DNA from: Epithemia pelagica
Lineage: Eukaryota; Protista; Bacillariophyta
Direction of reading: 5' to 3'
Assembly (NCBI GenBank): GCA_946965045.2
Contig: OX337235.1
Location: 2,480,001-2,544,000, forward strand
Length of the DNA: 64,000 nt
This document shows, piece after piece, positions 24,411-34,855 of this stretch. The first letter of the stretch is position 1, and the number at the start of each line of letters is the position of its first letter. The notes under the pieces are model-generated. The model was not told where the DNA came from. It saw only the letters and a list, made by a program, of their open reading frames with translations, and did not search any database. Made by a program: the position numbers and the translations under genes.

Positions 24411-25176
24411 TAGCAGAACTCTCATTGAGAATTCAGAAGGGTAATAGGTAGATAGGTAGGATAGGTAAAAGGCTCGCTGAGCCGACAATCAAATCACCAA
24501 CCGATACAACAATCCTCCACGGGTCAGAGAAGAGTTGCAAGTTGAAGTCCGCCGTGGGTGGGGGCAGTCGGTCCACTGATAAGAGGTTAGTCTTAAGATG
24601 AGTGTTAAAATGGTGATATTAATGATTGTGAGATGATTACTAACTAAGGTGTTTGATAAAGGTCGAGGTCCTGGCTCTTGTATACGGCCATGGATCTGGT
24701 GTGATAGGTCCTCAAATGGTTGGAGTAGACCTGCATTGTTGTATTGAAAGTATATGCAGTTGTATATCATATACCAATGCCAACAGCTCTTGCTTTGTTG
24801 TGATATAGGTAGTTTTCTTGGCGCGTTGTTGATTGCATTCTTGGAATTGTGGGAATGGAAATATGGTCTCGCGTGATCGTGATTCGTGCTTTGATTACTT
24901 AGGTCGTTGAGGTAAGTCGTGGAGGTGCTCACTCGGATCGTGATTGCGCGCGCTTGAGAATATTGGGCGCGCACGTGATGGGCCATAGTCAATATCCGAG
25001 CGGTCGCCGATAGCGCGTGCATTGCGAGCATGCCTTGGCCAAAATTAAAGGTCCGCGAGCATGCCGTCATTCTTTTCTCACTTTTACACAAATGTCATCG
25101 GATGCCATAAAATACTAGCATCAGTCGATGTGTTGTAGATTCCACCACCACCTAGTTAAAGGTGAGAATCCTAACA
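24411..25176 (-). repeat. 3' LTR of nested element (lacks terminal 8 bp)
   Basis: Matches 29046-29811. The TGTTAATC terminus of the other LTR is missing here. Confidence 0.93.
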
Positions 25177-28100
25177 CTCCCCACAATTCGTCGAGTGAGG
25201 ATTGTTATTTTCCTTGTCATGCTTCTGAACGTTTCCTCCCCAGAAGAATATGATCTTGAACATGGTCCATACTTTTGAGAATTTCCAATGCTTGTTGAGA
25301 ATGTCTCCTGGATGTTCTCATAGTCATCATTCTTGAGTTGGTAGGTCTTGTCGATGCCCTTTGAGCTATGCTCCCCAGGTGCCTTCTTCATCCAAACATT
25401 GGGATCTGCTTTGGTTGGTGACAAATCCATATCAATTGGGATGTCAAAGAAACAGTCACGCCGACATGCTCCTGAAGATTTTAATCCCTTTGAGGCCTTG
25501 TGCGTAATCAAGATGTGACCTGATTCCTTGAGTTCTTGTCTTGCAGCTATCAAGATCTTCTCTCCAGATAAAGCTTCCGGGTCGTGTGCAATTCCAACTT
25601 TTGCTCCCCATATATCCATATCATTGAGAATCCCAAGACAGGTGGTTGTATGGAAGTTGTGAATGGAAGTAGTACACAAAAAGATTGCCTCAACCGGTTC
25701 TTTGGTAAAAGCCTCGTCTGTGATGAGAAGTGCTGGGCGACTATCATCATGTTTTACAAGATGGATTCGAATCTTGTTCTTGTGATACTCTTTTGGTGAT
25801 GCATTTATCATTTCCCTTCTCTTGAACTGAGCTTGAACGCAATCCTTGACTTTTGTGAGGGATTGGATCTGTGAAGCCTGAAAGAGCTCAACTTCAGTAG
25901 TGTCGTGCCACTTTCTTTTACCATGTTGCTTGTCTAACAAAACAACTAATTCTTCATTTGTCATTGAAACTTGATAACCAAACTTGTACTTGATGGAACG
26001 ACAGGCTTGCTTGATTCTTGACTGCTGTTTGGCAGCTTGAGCGAGCCCTTTACTGGTCTTGACAAAATGCTTGCAATGTTTCCATCCAAGTTCATTCAAT
26101 AGATCATGTTTCTTGGCATAGGCATCATTTACCATGAGTGACGGAGGCTCATAGATCATCTCCCCAGTCTCCCAATCAACAAGTATATTACAGTGACTTC
26201 TTTTGTAGTCAGGATTGTTGCTAATACTTGACGGTTCTTGATCTGCAACAACGTCCCTGAACTGAAAAACGTCATCTTCAGTTTCCTGTGCTTGGTTGTC
26301 CTGTTTGATGTATTCCATATGTTGACGGTATGAAATTATCTTGTCAATGTTGGAAATGGATTTGCAGAAAGTGTACTTGATACATTCTTCTTGCTTGAGA
26401 GCATCTTGTTCTAAATCAACGATGCATCTGATAAGACATGGTTGTCGTTGCTCCCCATTATATGGTTGTCGTTGCTCCCCATTTTCCTCAGGATCATAAA
26501 CAAGGAAAGTTTGGCCAATAGTGTCATCATATTTGATCGTAGGGATTTGCGTGGATGGATCTTCACCTTTGCAACAAATGAAAACAATGTCAGCTTGTTT
26601 GCCGTTGGGTTTATTTGGAAGCGACTCCTCCCCTGAAGAGGTATCCACACAAAGGTTGCTGCTGGGTGGCCTGGATGCATCATGAAGAATGGCAGAGTAA
26701 CAAAGGGTTTGAGTGTCCAGAGACAAAGTATCACCAATAGGAGGGGCAAAAACAAGCCACCAGTAGCCAAGTGTCGTGACAAAAGAGGGAGGGTAGGGAC
26801 GGTGGGAGAGGGCATATGATTCGGTAAAGTAGGGGGCCTTGTCCCAGATAAGGAAGAAAAGTGGGTGGGTAATGCCGGGTGGGCGACCATTGAGTATCTC
26901 AAGAGGGATATGGCCCGAAACGGTCACGACGTATGTTGTCCTCTTAACGGTCTGATAACGGCTCTCAGCCATGTTCTGATCTTGGAGGTATGGTTTGGAA
27001 CAGTATTCTCCAAGCAGGGGTGTGAAGAAGGAAGGCGTATCAGGTCCATGATCGTAAGGTAAATCCAAGAGAAGGTTGAGGTTACAGACAACACGATTGG
27101 TATACTTCCCAAAAGCATCATGCGGATTGTTGCCATCATTTTCAACAGTCCTTGAAGAAGGTGCCGTATCTCGCATGGGATCAAGATACCAATGATTATA
27201 GCCAGTCAATTGATTGTCACCGGAGAAAGTAGACATGCGAGAGAGCAGATGTTGAGATATCTCAACTTTCTGTTTACAGTTGTTGTTCTCGAGACAATCA
27301 TTAGGGATGGATGTTGCCTTGATATTGGACACCAAATTAGCAAGATCAGATGTTGGATGATTGACATCAATATTGGTCACAACTTGTGGAACCAACCGGG
27401 TAATCAGATCAAAGAAATTATCTTGATGGTCTTGGGAATCATCTTGAATCATGTCGTCAATCCATGCATGACCAGGGTCGGGATCAGGTTCCGGATCAAT
27501 GTCAAGAGTATGCGTCTGTTCCATGCATGCAGTTGTTGATGACGGATTCTGGGTAGACTTGTTGTACGCAATGATTACTTGACGACTATTGTCGTTGAGT
27601 TTACTCCACAGATCTCTTGGAAGACTGATCTTTGGACGAATCAAAGATGATTTCTTGGTCTTCACGTTAGTTCTCTTAATCATGCGGTGTTTTTCTTTGG
27701 GTGATAGATCTTTGATATCAAAATCTTGATCATATTGAAAGTCGCATTGCTTGGTATGCTTAAGTCGGTTAGACTTTGGTGCTCGAGTTGCTTGGTCATG
27801 ATCATATGCGGCATCAAGGAGAAGACGGAAATATGATTGATAACAAAGTGTCTTTGCACCAGACAAGATGTTGACTTGTCGTAAATCAGGTACCTTTTCA
27901 ACGGCTTTCATCAGGAAGGTCATCCTAGTGGAGTGGCCAGGAATGTGATCAAACATTGATCCCAGATTGTCGAGAAGATGGAATTGGTGTTGAAAGTGGA
28001 GAAGAAACTGATAGGTTGTGCCGTGCCATGAATCATCGAGACAAAGATTGGAGATGTAGTTGTTAAGACGTAGCACCTCTCTTTTTGCTAAACGAAATGA

Positions 28101-28541
28101 CGAAATGCAACCTTGGTTCAGACGGAGCTTGGTGAAGTCTGCATTGATTCTCCAATGATCATAATTGGCCTTGGTGAGGTTCAACCAGGTAGAGCGAGGT
28201 AAATCAGACTGCTGCAGGGTTGAGGTTTGTTCTCGTGACCAATGTGCTAGGATCTTCAGTTGATGCCTTGTATATGTCTTCAGGTCCATGGTCTTGTTCC
28301 CATACTTGTATTGTCCAAGGTCCTTGATATTCTTTTCTGGATTGACTGCAAGATAGTCGATGACATTCAGAATGTGTTCGAAACCACTATGTTTTATCCA
28401 TTGATGAAGGGCTTGAGCTCGTTCTTCATCACATTCAAATAGATGCTGGGTGATATGATTGAACACTTGTGTATCTGATATGTCAGGCGGTACTGAGTCG
28501 TCAGAAGGAAGAGAAGGTGTCTTGGGGTATGTTGGATCCAT
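25152..28541 (-). CDS. deleted gag-pol remnant, still one 1129-aa ORF
   Basis: CoDi-like patches: LDDSWHGTTYQFLLHF (gag), QNMAESRYQTVKR (integrase C-part), ILVDWETGEMIYEP, YKFGYQV, KGLKSSGA and KADPNVWMK (RT). Protease, the RT YxDD motif and RNase H were not seen. Confidence 0.85.
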   Translation of the reverse strand: MDPTYPKTPSLPSDDSVPPDISDTQVFNHITQHLFECDEERAQALHQWIKHSGFEHILNVIDYLAVNPEKNIKDLGQYKYGNKTMDLKTYTRHQLKILAHWSREQTSTLQQSDLPRSTWLNLTKANYDHWRINADFTKLRLNQGCISSFRLAKREVLRLNNYISNLCLDDSWHGTTYQFLLHFQHQFHLLDNLGSMFDHIPGHSTRMTFLMKAVEKVPDLRQVNILSGAKTLCYQSYFRLLLDAAYDHDQATRAPKSNRLKHTKQCDFQYDQDFDIKDLSPKEKHRMIKRTNVKTKKSSLIRPKISLPRDLWSKLNDNSRQVIIAYNKSTQNPSSTTACMEQTHTLDIDPEPDPDPGHAWIDDMIQDDSQDHQDNFFDLITRLVPQVVTNIDVNHPTSDLANLVSNIKATSIPNDCLENNNCKQKVEISQHLLSRMSTFSGDNQLTGYNHWYLDPMRDTAPSSRTVENDGNNPHDAFGKYTNRVVCNLNLLLDLPYDHGPDTPSFFTPLLGEYCSKPYLQDQNMAESRYQTVKRTTYVVTVSGHIPLEILNGRPPGITHPLFFLIWDKAPYFTESYALSHRPYPPSFVTTLGYWWLVFAPPIGDTLSLDTQTLCYSAILHDASRPPSSNLCVDTSSGEESLPNKPNGKQADIVFICCKGEDPSTQIPTIKYDDTIGQTFLVYDPEENGEQRQPYNGEQRQPCLIRCIVDLEQDALKQEECIKYTFCKSISNIDKIISYRQHMEYIKQDNQAQETEDDVFQFRDVVADQEPSSISNNPDYKRSHCNILVDWETGEMIYEPPSLMVNDAYAKKHDLLNELGWKHCKHFVKTSKGLAQAAKQQSRIKQACRSIKYKFGYQVSMTNEELVVLLDKQHGKRKWHDTTEVELFQASQIQSLTKVKDCVQAQFKRREMINASPKEYHKNKIRIHLVKHDDSRPALLITDEAFTKEPVEAIFLCTTSIHNFHTTTCLGILNDMDIWGAKVGIAHDPEALSGEKILIAARQELKESGHILITHKASKGLKSSGACRRDCFFDIPIDMDLSPTKADPNVWMKKAPGEHSSKGIDKTYQLKNDDYENIQETFSTSIGNSQKYGPCSRSYSSGEETFRSMTRKITILTRRIVGSVRILTFN

Positions 28542-28590
28542 GGTAGTATATGGTTGGTTCGTTGTTTATTTAATGTGTGGTGTGATCTGA

Positions 28591-28660
28591 ACCCGGATGT
28601 ACCACGTGTGTGCCACGTATGTAAGTACCCGGATGTGTGTTGTGCTCGGAACCCGGATGT
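28591..28660 (+). repeat. three ACCCGGATGT repeats in the nested element leader
   Basis: Copies at 28591, 28627 and 28651, just upstream of the ORF start. Confidence 0.85.
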
Positions 28661-29037
28661 GAGGATCTCGGTTTTGTCTCTGGTTTGTTGTGGAAACGAC
28701 TTAAAGTTACTTATCCTTGGTCACTTCCGGACTCGTTGCGGTGATCGAGTTGAACCGGGGAGTCAGGAATAGTGGTAGCTTCCTCGTCTTGCTCGTAGTC
28801 CTCAACAAAGTACTGGTCAGGTGAGTATTGGGAAGGTAGTTGCACGGAGTCCTGGTCCAGCTTGAGGTCCTGGAATAGGAGAGGGTTGGTGACCCTAGCC
28901 TCAGCCAGGCTGGCCCTGTTGTTGGGTTGGGTAGTTTTGTCCTCTAACTCTTGTTTGTTGGGGTAGCTCAATCTGTAATGGGTGTAGATGGGTAAGTAAG
29001 GTATCCAATGCAACTGCAGGGCAATGAGCGATGAGAC

Positions 29038-29811
29038 TGTTAATCTAGCAGAACTCTCATTGAGAATTCAGAAGGGTAATAGGTAGATAGGTAGGATAGG
29101 TAAAAGGCTCGCTGAGCCGACAATCAAATCACCAACCGATACAACAATCCTCCACGGGTCAGAGAAGAGTTGCAAGTCGAAGTCCGCCGTGGGTGGGGGC
29201 AGTCGGTCCACTGATAAGAGGTTAGTCTTAAGATGAGTGTTAAAATGGTGATATTAATGATTGTGAGATGATTACTAACTAAGGTGTTTGATGAAGGTCG
29301 AGGTCCTGGCTCTTGTATACGGCCATGGATCTGGTGTGATAGGTCCTCAAATGGTTGGAGTAGACCTGCATTGTTGTATTGAAAGTATATGCAGTTGTAT
29401 ATCATATACCAATGCCAACAGCTCTTGCTTTGTTGTGATATAGGTAGTTTTCTTGGCGCGTTGTTGATTGCATTCTTGGAATTGTGGGAATGGAAATATG
29501 GTCTCGCGTGATCGTGATTCGTGCTTTGATTACTTAGGTCGTTGAGGTAAGTCGTGGAGGTGCTCACTCGGATCGTGATTGCGCGCGCTTGAGAATATTG
29601 GGCGCGCACGTGATGGGCCATAGTCAATATCCGAGCGGTCGCCGATAGCGCGTGCATTGCGAGCATGCCTTGGCCAAAATTAAAGGTCCGCGAGCATGCC
29701 GTCATTCTTTTCTCACTTTTACACAAATGTCATCGGATGCCATAAAATACTAGCATCAGTCGATGTGTTGTAGATTCCACCACCACCTAGTTAAAGGTGA
29801 GAATCCTAACA
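29038..29811 (-). repeat. 5' LTR of nested element (774 bp)
   Basis: TGTTA...TAACA termini. Confidence 0.95.
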
Positions 29812-30295
29812 ACTGTCCCCAAAGCAAACTATAGAGGGCGGCTCGAAAAGTGGAGTACGCTTCAAGCTTTTCCTCTCGGGCCTTGTAAGCAAACTTCCAT
29901 TCTTCGACCGCCAACATGTCAGAGGTATCAGCAGGTCGTTGTGCTGGAGGTGGGTCATCGAGCCAGAGCTGCTCTACGGCTTTTTGGTAGTCAGGATTGT
30001 GCTTCTTGAAGGTTGAGCCAATGTACCCCACCAGTAACTCGATATTTTTGATGTATCGACGAGACTGGGGGTCTTCCGAGTAATCAAATGTGCACTCTTT
30101 GAGTGACTCTTCTTGACCCTGGAATTTTTTATCGTTGCTCCCTTGTGATTGCACACTTCCGCCATTGTTCTTGTTTCCTCGTCCTCGTCGCAATCTCGAC
30201 TGATTGGTACGGTTGGTTGGTTCTGTTCTTGTGCTTGCTCCACTGCTAGCAGCAGCATCAGGCACGGGCGTGTTGCCACCTGCTCGGCTCGCCAT
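29812..30295 (-). CDS. gag: gag N-terminus of outer copia (split by nested insertion)
   Basis: MASRAGG...FRAALYSLLWGQ joins in frame to CTPLLKDKLK at 24410 once the insertion and one TSD copy are removed. Confidence 0.92.
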
Positions 30296-30296
30296 T

Positions 30297-30970
30297 TTAC
30301 GCCACTAGAACACGAAGGTACTTTCGGATACGACGATGGTCTTCGAAAGAGGAGGAGACTGGGTTCCAAATTTGGATGGTGTAGTACAAAGTACCCACAC
30401 GAATAACCCGACCCTCCAGATTCCTTGCTGGTTTACACTCGGCCAGAGTTACCTTGTTGACGACTTGGACGCGAGTACCAATAGGTAGCTCTCGCGGCGC
30501 GTTAACAGGTCTGGCAGGGACTCCAGGGATGCGTTGGTTAGGACGGAGATTTGGTTGTGGAACTTGAGGTGGACTGGATCGTCGCACACGAGGGGTGACT
30601 CTTGGACTTGGATTCGTGATGTCGCCGGAAGAGATGGATGAGTCTAAAACCACAGGAGCAGGGGGATCCGGAAGAGCTTGGATTTGGTAGATGAGACTGC
30701 GTCTCGCGTTCTGAGTCTCGAGGTAAACAAGATTTTGCGCAGTACGTAGGGCCTGCACGTCGTGTTGAATCTCTTCTAAATGGTCCTTCTCCAGCTGTTC
30801 CTTTGCTTCGCGGAAAGCGGCTTTCGCGAGGTTTCTTCGTAACGCACCTCCAAGGTCGTATACTGTTCTTGTTCCTGTATGGTCAACTCGGTTAACTGAT
30901 TAAGAAGGCGGGCCAAAGGTGTGCCTGCTTCAACTTCAGCTATCACACTATCTACTTCAGATGTGCTCAT
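30297..30970 (-). CDS. extra ORF upstream of gag (coiled-coil-like, Pro-rich linker, SH3/KOW-like end), with one frameshift
   Basis: MSTSEVDSV...YEE continues in the -1 frame as NLAKAAFREAKEQLEKDHLEE...RVLVA*. The stop TAA is followed by 1 nt and then the gag ATG. Confidence 0.65.
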
Positions 30971-31026
30971 CCAGAGTACTTCACTCCACAATTTCAAGCT
31001 CCAGACACGGTTTACCAAAAGTTGTT

Positions 31027-31040
31027 TTCTCTTGACAAAA
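31027..31040 (-). other. atypical primer-binding site complementary to the element's own LTR
   Basis: Minus-strand TTTTGTCAAGAGAA directly follows the 5' LTR. It is the exact reverse complement of LTR TTCTCTTGACAAAA (31108-31095). Confidence 0.8.
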
Positions 31041-31232
31041 TGTTGAAACTCATAGACGAACGTGCTAAGGCAACGATACACTTCTAGAATTACGTTTTGT
31101 CAAGAGAATGAGCTCCTGTGTTGCTCTTCTTCGTTGCCTTACCACGTGGCTGAACTAGATTCCATTTTGCTTCAACATCGCCGGTCGCACTTTCCTCTAC
31201 CTGTGCTATTGGTTTCGGAGCAGGTTCCAACA
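31041..31232 (-). repeat. 5' LTR of outer copia (192 bp)
   Basis: Direct repeat of 19687-19881. Confidence 0.96.
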
Positions 31233-32144
31233 TGGTCTGGCCTGGAACCATCTTGTTGTCGGAGACGCTAAAGCCACAAAGGGCGGTACCTGGCTGTCGA
31301 GAATGGATCTTTCACAGTTGCTGCACGCCATTCTGCAGGCGTGTTTTCGTCAAGGAGTTGTTGTCGTGGAGGAATCCACTACAGCAAAATTCATTCCCTC
31401 AAGCGTTGAAGTGGACGGGGGGCACCCTGTTTTGCAAATGGAATACACCGACCTCGGGGTGTTACTGGAAAGGCGTTGCGCAAGCTGTTGGGATTCCCCC
31501 ACTAAAAGCCGTCCCCAGTCGTATGATCCCTCGTACACATGTTGGGGGAATCCCCACAGCTTGCGCAGTCATGTGATTGTCGCTTCCAATGCTAAATCAA
31601 ATCGAGATTTAGTTTTGCCTGACCCAACACTGTTACCAATTCCAAGAGAACAAAGAGTCGTGTTGTTTTTAGCCAAGATCAAAGATATAGTGGTTCACTC
31701 ACTTGCTCATCCAAAATGTGGTCATTGTCATGGATCATAACCAAGTGATTCTGAAATGAGATGAAACCATCGACACACGTTTCCATGAATTCACTGCCCA
31801 GCGGACGTTGAGAGCACCAATGACGATCACCATCAATTTGTGAGACGACGAGAAGATCAGGGTCGTAGGTGGCACTAAAATGAAACGCCAACTTTCAGTC
31901 CATCCTGCAAGGAAGAGACGTATGGTTGGCTCGCTCTGCAGTTGCACTATAAAAGGATTTCGTCTCTTTCAATCAAGTCGTTGGATGGCGGAAAAGTGGA
32001 AGGGACACAGAATTCAGTAAAGAGTAAAGGGAAACAAGCACTATAAACAAGAACAGCAATACAACCGTGCTACTTTTCAATCTCTCAGCGAGTACAGCCC
32101 CATCTTCGTTTTGTGCTTTGCGGGGCAATTTCTCTTGGTTCTTG

Positions 32145-34076
32145 TCAAGTCTCCTCGGGGAAATCTTTTTTGAATTCTTCAATGACACGTCGTGGTACCC
32201 AAAGTTTGTATAAATCGTCGTCTTCTGACTCTTCTTCTTTGTTACCGTCGCCGTCCTTTTGAACATCATGACATTGGGGAACGACCGACGTGTCTGGGAC
32301 TGTACGGTAAAGCCATTTTAGAAATTCCAAGTAAATGGCATCCACGCGTCCTCGTGCATAGGCATCAAAGTTGGTGCTGTCATCGTCTTGGTCGGGTCGA
32401 TGAAGCATTTCACCATGTGCTCCTCCGTTCCATGTCAGGCGTGTGGGGCTCTCCAAATGGGGATAGTGGACAACAAAGGCATCCCCTCCCAATTGCCAAA
32501 ATCGCCATCCCAATCGACGCAAATGCATGACCCACGTCATTTTATTTTTCCCATAACCCGTAAAGGCTTCTTGAAAGGGCGGCAAATTGCGACAATAGCG
32601 AAACACGAGGTAAGGTTCATACCGGTGGGATTGAAAGCACGAGATTTCCTTCAGCTGAGAGGCAGGTTGCGTCATCCAGGGCCTGTACAGTGTCGACCCA
32701 TGACCTCCACGATTGGTCGGATCGAATTGAAAGGCTTCTCGTCGACGAATGCGCGAAATGAGTTCCTTTCGATTTCGTGGTATGCCTTGAATGTTTTGCT
32801 CGCGACAGTCCTTGTATTGACGACACTGTCGACGAATTTGAAAGGCTGGTATCACCAAAGCCGCTTGGTCACCACCTGTAGAAGGCTGCTTGAATGACGA
32901 TCCACCAAGAAGATGTTGGCGAATGGATGGCTGATCCAATATGTGATACAAGTCAAAGGATGGCCAAAAATCAATGTCAAGGTAGACAACATGAGTGGTC
33001 CGAACAAGAGACAAGGCTTGATTCCGCAACCTATTCACGGGATATTCCTTTCTTTGCCCATCGGCTTGTGTGCTGTTGTTGTTCTTGTCTGCGGCCGTGC
33101 CATAGGGTACTACGACCACAGCCAATTTATTGGAATCGCATCCCAACGATTGGAGCGTGTGTCGATAGACGTGCTCTTTTTTCATGATCGCATCCTGTAG
33201 GTCTCCTAGGTTTTGTTTGTCGTCAAAGTTGACCGCAATGGCAATGGCAACGTCATGTTTCCATCGTTGACAATGCTGTTCCATCATCCAGACTCGTGAT
33301 TCCGACGACTGTGTCACCAATGTATATGAAATGGACTCTAGGTTGGGAAGAGGTTCACAAATGGGTGCCTCCCATGATTGTGTTTCAAATCGAAAGTCTG
33401 GGGATACATCCCCGCCATGGTCTGGTTCGAGAGGTACTTCTTCCAGTTCGTGCTCCGGCAAGCGCACGGAACCAGAACGTGTCGCCGGTACAGCAACCAT
33501 TCCCCCCCTGCGATCGTCTGTAGACACGCTTAGAAGGATTTTCGGTTGTCCCTCTGGTAGGCTCGTTGCTCGTCTCCCCGTAAAGTCAAGCCATGGACGA
33601 CGAACGTGTCTAATTGAAATTGGCCGTGGAGGCGGTGCTAGTACAAACACTATGTACATGATACTCGAAAAGAGAAACAATGGCATGAAACACGCCACTG
33701 TCTGCAACAGCCGTCCAACCAGCGTCAGTTTTCGTCTCCGTTTGGAGCGTCGTGGTTGCGTGAACGTTTTGTTCGGGTAAAGTAGGACAAATGGGGACGA
33801 CGATAGGGACTCCTGTCGAACAGACACGAGTGTTTCGTCGTTGCTCAAATGTTCATGATGTTCCACAAACAAGGGTCCATCAGAGTCCGTGGGAGGATTC
33901 TGCGTGGTGAGAGACGACGTGGTCGGAGGAGGACCATCACTGGTGTGCTTGTCAGCGGTTGTGGCCGTCATGCCTTGGGTTGTCGAAGTGGTCCGCGGAC
34001 GGCGTACAACTACCGTGGTGGTTCGACGATAGGGAGGAGAATGGTGAGAGTGGCGGCGATGGTTGTTGGTCTTCAT
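32145..34076 (-). CDS. GT49-family (LARGE/B4GAT1-like) glycosyltransferase, type II membrane
   Basis: YTLVTQSS, YPVNRLRN, YLDIDFWP (DxD), ALVIPAF, YEPYLV, FTGYGKNK and FVVHYPH motifs, plus an N-terminal TM segment. Track ORF 32145-34259; first ATG 34076. Confidence 0.88.
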   Translation of the reverse strand: MKTNNHRRHSHHSPPYRRTTTVVVRRPRTTSTTQGMTATTADKHTSDGPPPTTSSLTTQNPPTDSDGPLFVEHHEHLSNDETLVSVRQESLSSSPFVLLYPNKTFTQPRRSKRRRKLTLVGRLLQTVACFMPLFLFSSIMYIVFVLAPPPRPISIRHVRRPWLDFTGRRATSLPEGQPKILLSVSTDDRRGGMVAVPATRSGSVRLPEHELEEVPLEPDHGGDVSPDFRFETQSWEAPICEPLPNLESISYTLVTQSSESRVWMMEQHCQRWKHDVAIAIAVNFDDKQNLGDLQDAIMKKEHVYRHTLQSLGCDSNKLAVVVVPYGTAADKNNNSTQADGQRKEYPVNRLRNQALSLVRTTHVVYLDIDFWPSFDLYHILDQPSIRQHLLGGSSFKQPSTGGDQAALVIPAFQIRRQCRQYKDCREQNIQGIPRNRKELISRIRRREAFQFDPTNRGGHGSTLYRPWMTQPASQLKEISCFQSHRYEPYLVFRYCRNLPPFQEAFTGYGKNKMTWVMHLRRLGWRFWQLGGDAFVVHYPHLESPTRLTWNGGAHGEMLHRPDQDDDSTNFDAYARGRVDAIYLEFLKWLYRTVPDTSVVPQCHDVQKDGDGNKEEESEDDDLYKLWVPRRVIEEFKKDFPEET

Positions 34077-34855
34077 GGTTTGAGTGCTCAATAAGCGTCG
34101 TTGCAAGTTTCGAGATTTGGATGATCCAAAACAAACTTGGCGAATGGCGCAAAAAGGGCGGCAGTTGCTTTGGATCGACCAAAGAGCGGGACTATGGAAA
34201 GAAAAGACGACAGGAGCGTTCTTGTCTTTCGATGTGCATGGATAGAAGACTTGACGCACCAGATTCTGTGACGATTCGGTAGATACCCGCGAAAGGTGAT
34301 TGGAAGTGACCGTTTCAATGTCTCGCTTGGGTGAAACCGATCTCGGAATCCTCCACTAGGATCGATCGCCCATGTCGAAACGACTCATCCGAGGCCAATA
34401 GATTATACAGGACATCCAATTCTTTCCTCTCTCCCCCCTTGTGTGCTGGTTCTTTGTTTCAGTCCTCTACCTTTGGGAGAATCAGGATGATTGTGAGAAG
34501 CGATGGATTGCTTCCAACCTGCAACCACTGCGCATTGTCGGTTTCGTTTCTTTTTTCAGATTTTGTGGCGGGGAGTGTGACGACCACGCGACAGAAGCAA
34601 GATCAAAACATCACGAGTAAAGTCTATTGCCCAGGAGTGGTCACTTAGAGTGGGAGAAGATGCCAGGCGTGCCGTGGGCTTTGCTCCACGCGCGCGCCTT
34701 TCCTGTGCGACCGCCAGGGAGTTCGTCACTCTCCTCCGCTTTTTCAAAACATTTTACGATGGTCAATTGAAATCTCTCTTCCCTCTCAGGAAATACACTG
34801 TTTCGTATATTCCATTTTATCCTTGATTCTCTATTTCGTAGGACAGGAAAGATCC

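Larger units (their letters stand above)
24411..29811 (-). mobile_element. nested, internally deleted (non-autonomous) copia element
   Basis: LTRs at 24411-25176 and 29038-29811; I found 2 substitutions over the 766 shared bp. TSD ACTGT at 24406-24410 and 29812-29816. Removing the element restores gag LLWGQ|CTPLLKDKLKAC. PPT GTGGGGAG at 25177-25184. Confidence 0.96.
19687..31232 (-). mobile_element. full-length Ty1/copia (CoDi-like) LTR retrotransposon containing a nested element
   Basis: LTRs at 19687-19881 and 31041-31232 (TGTTG...CAACA), identical except for a 3-bp indel. 5-bp TSD TGGTC at 19682-19686 and 31233-31237. Domain order is gag-PR-INT-RT-RH. Confidence 0.97.

Noticed and set aside
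24489-25091. 200-aa ORF in both nested LTRs
   Set aside because: Its duplication is just LTR identity. It has a non-ATG start and no recognisable domain.
31238-31950. Host gene disrupted by the outer copia
   Set aside because: Joining the two flanks gives no long ORF in the frames I checked.
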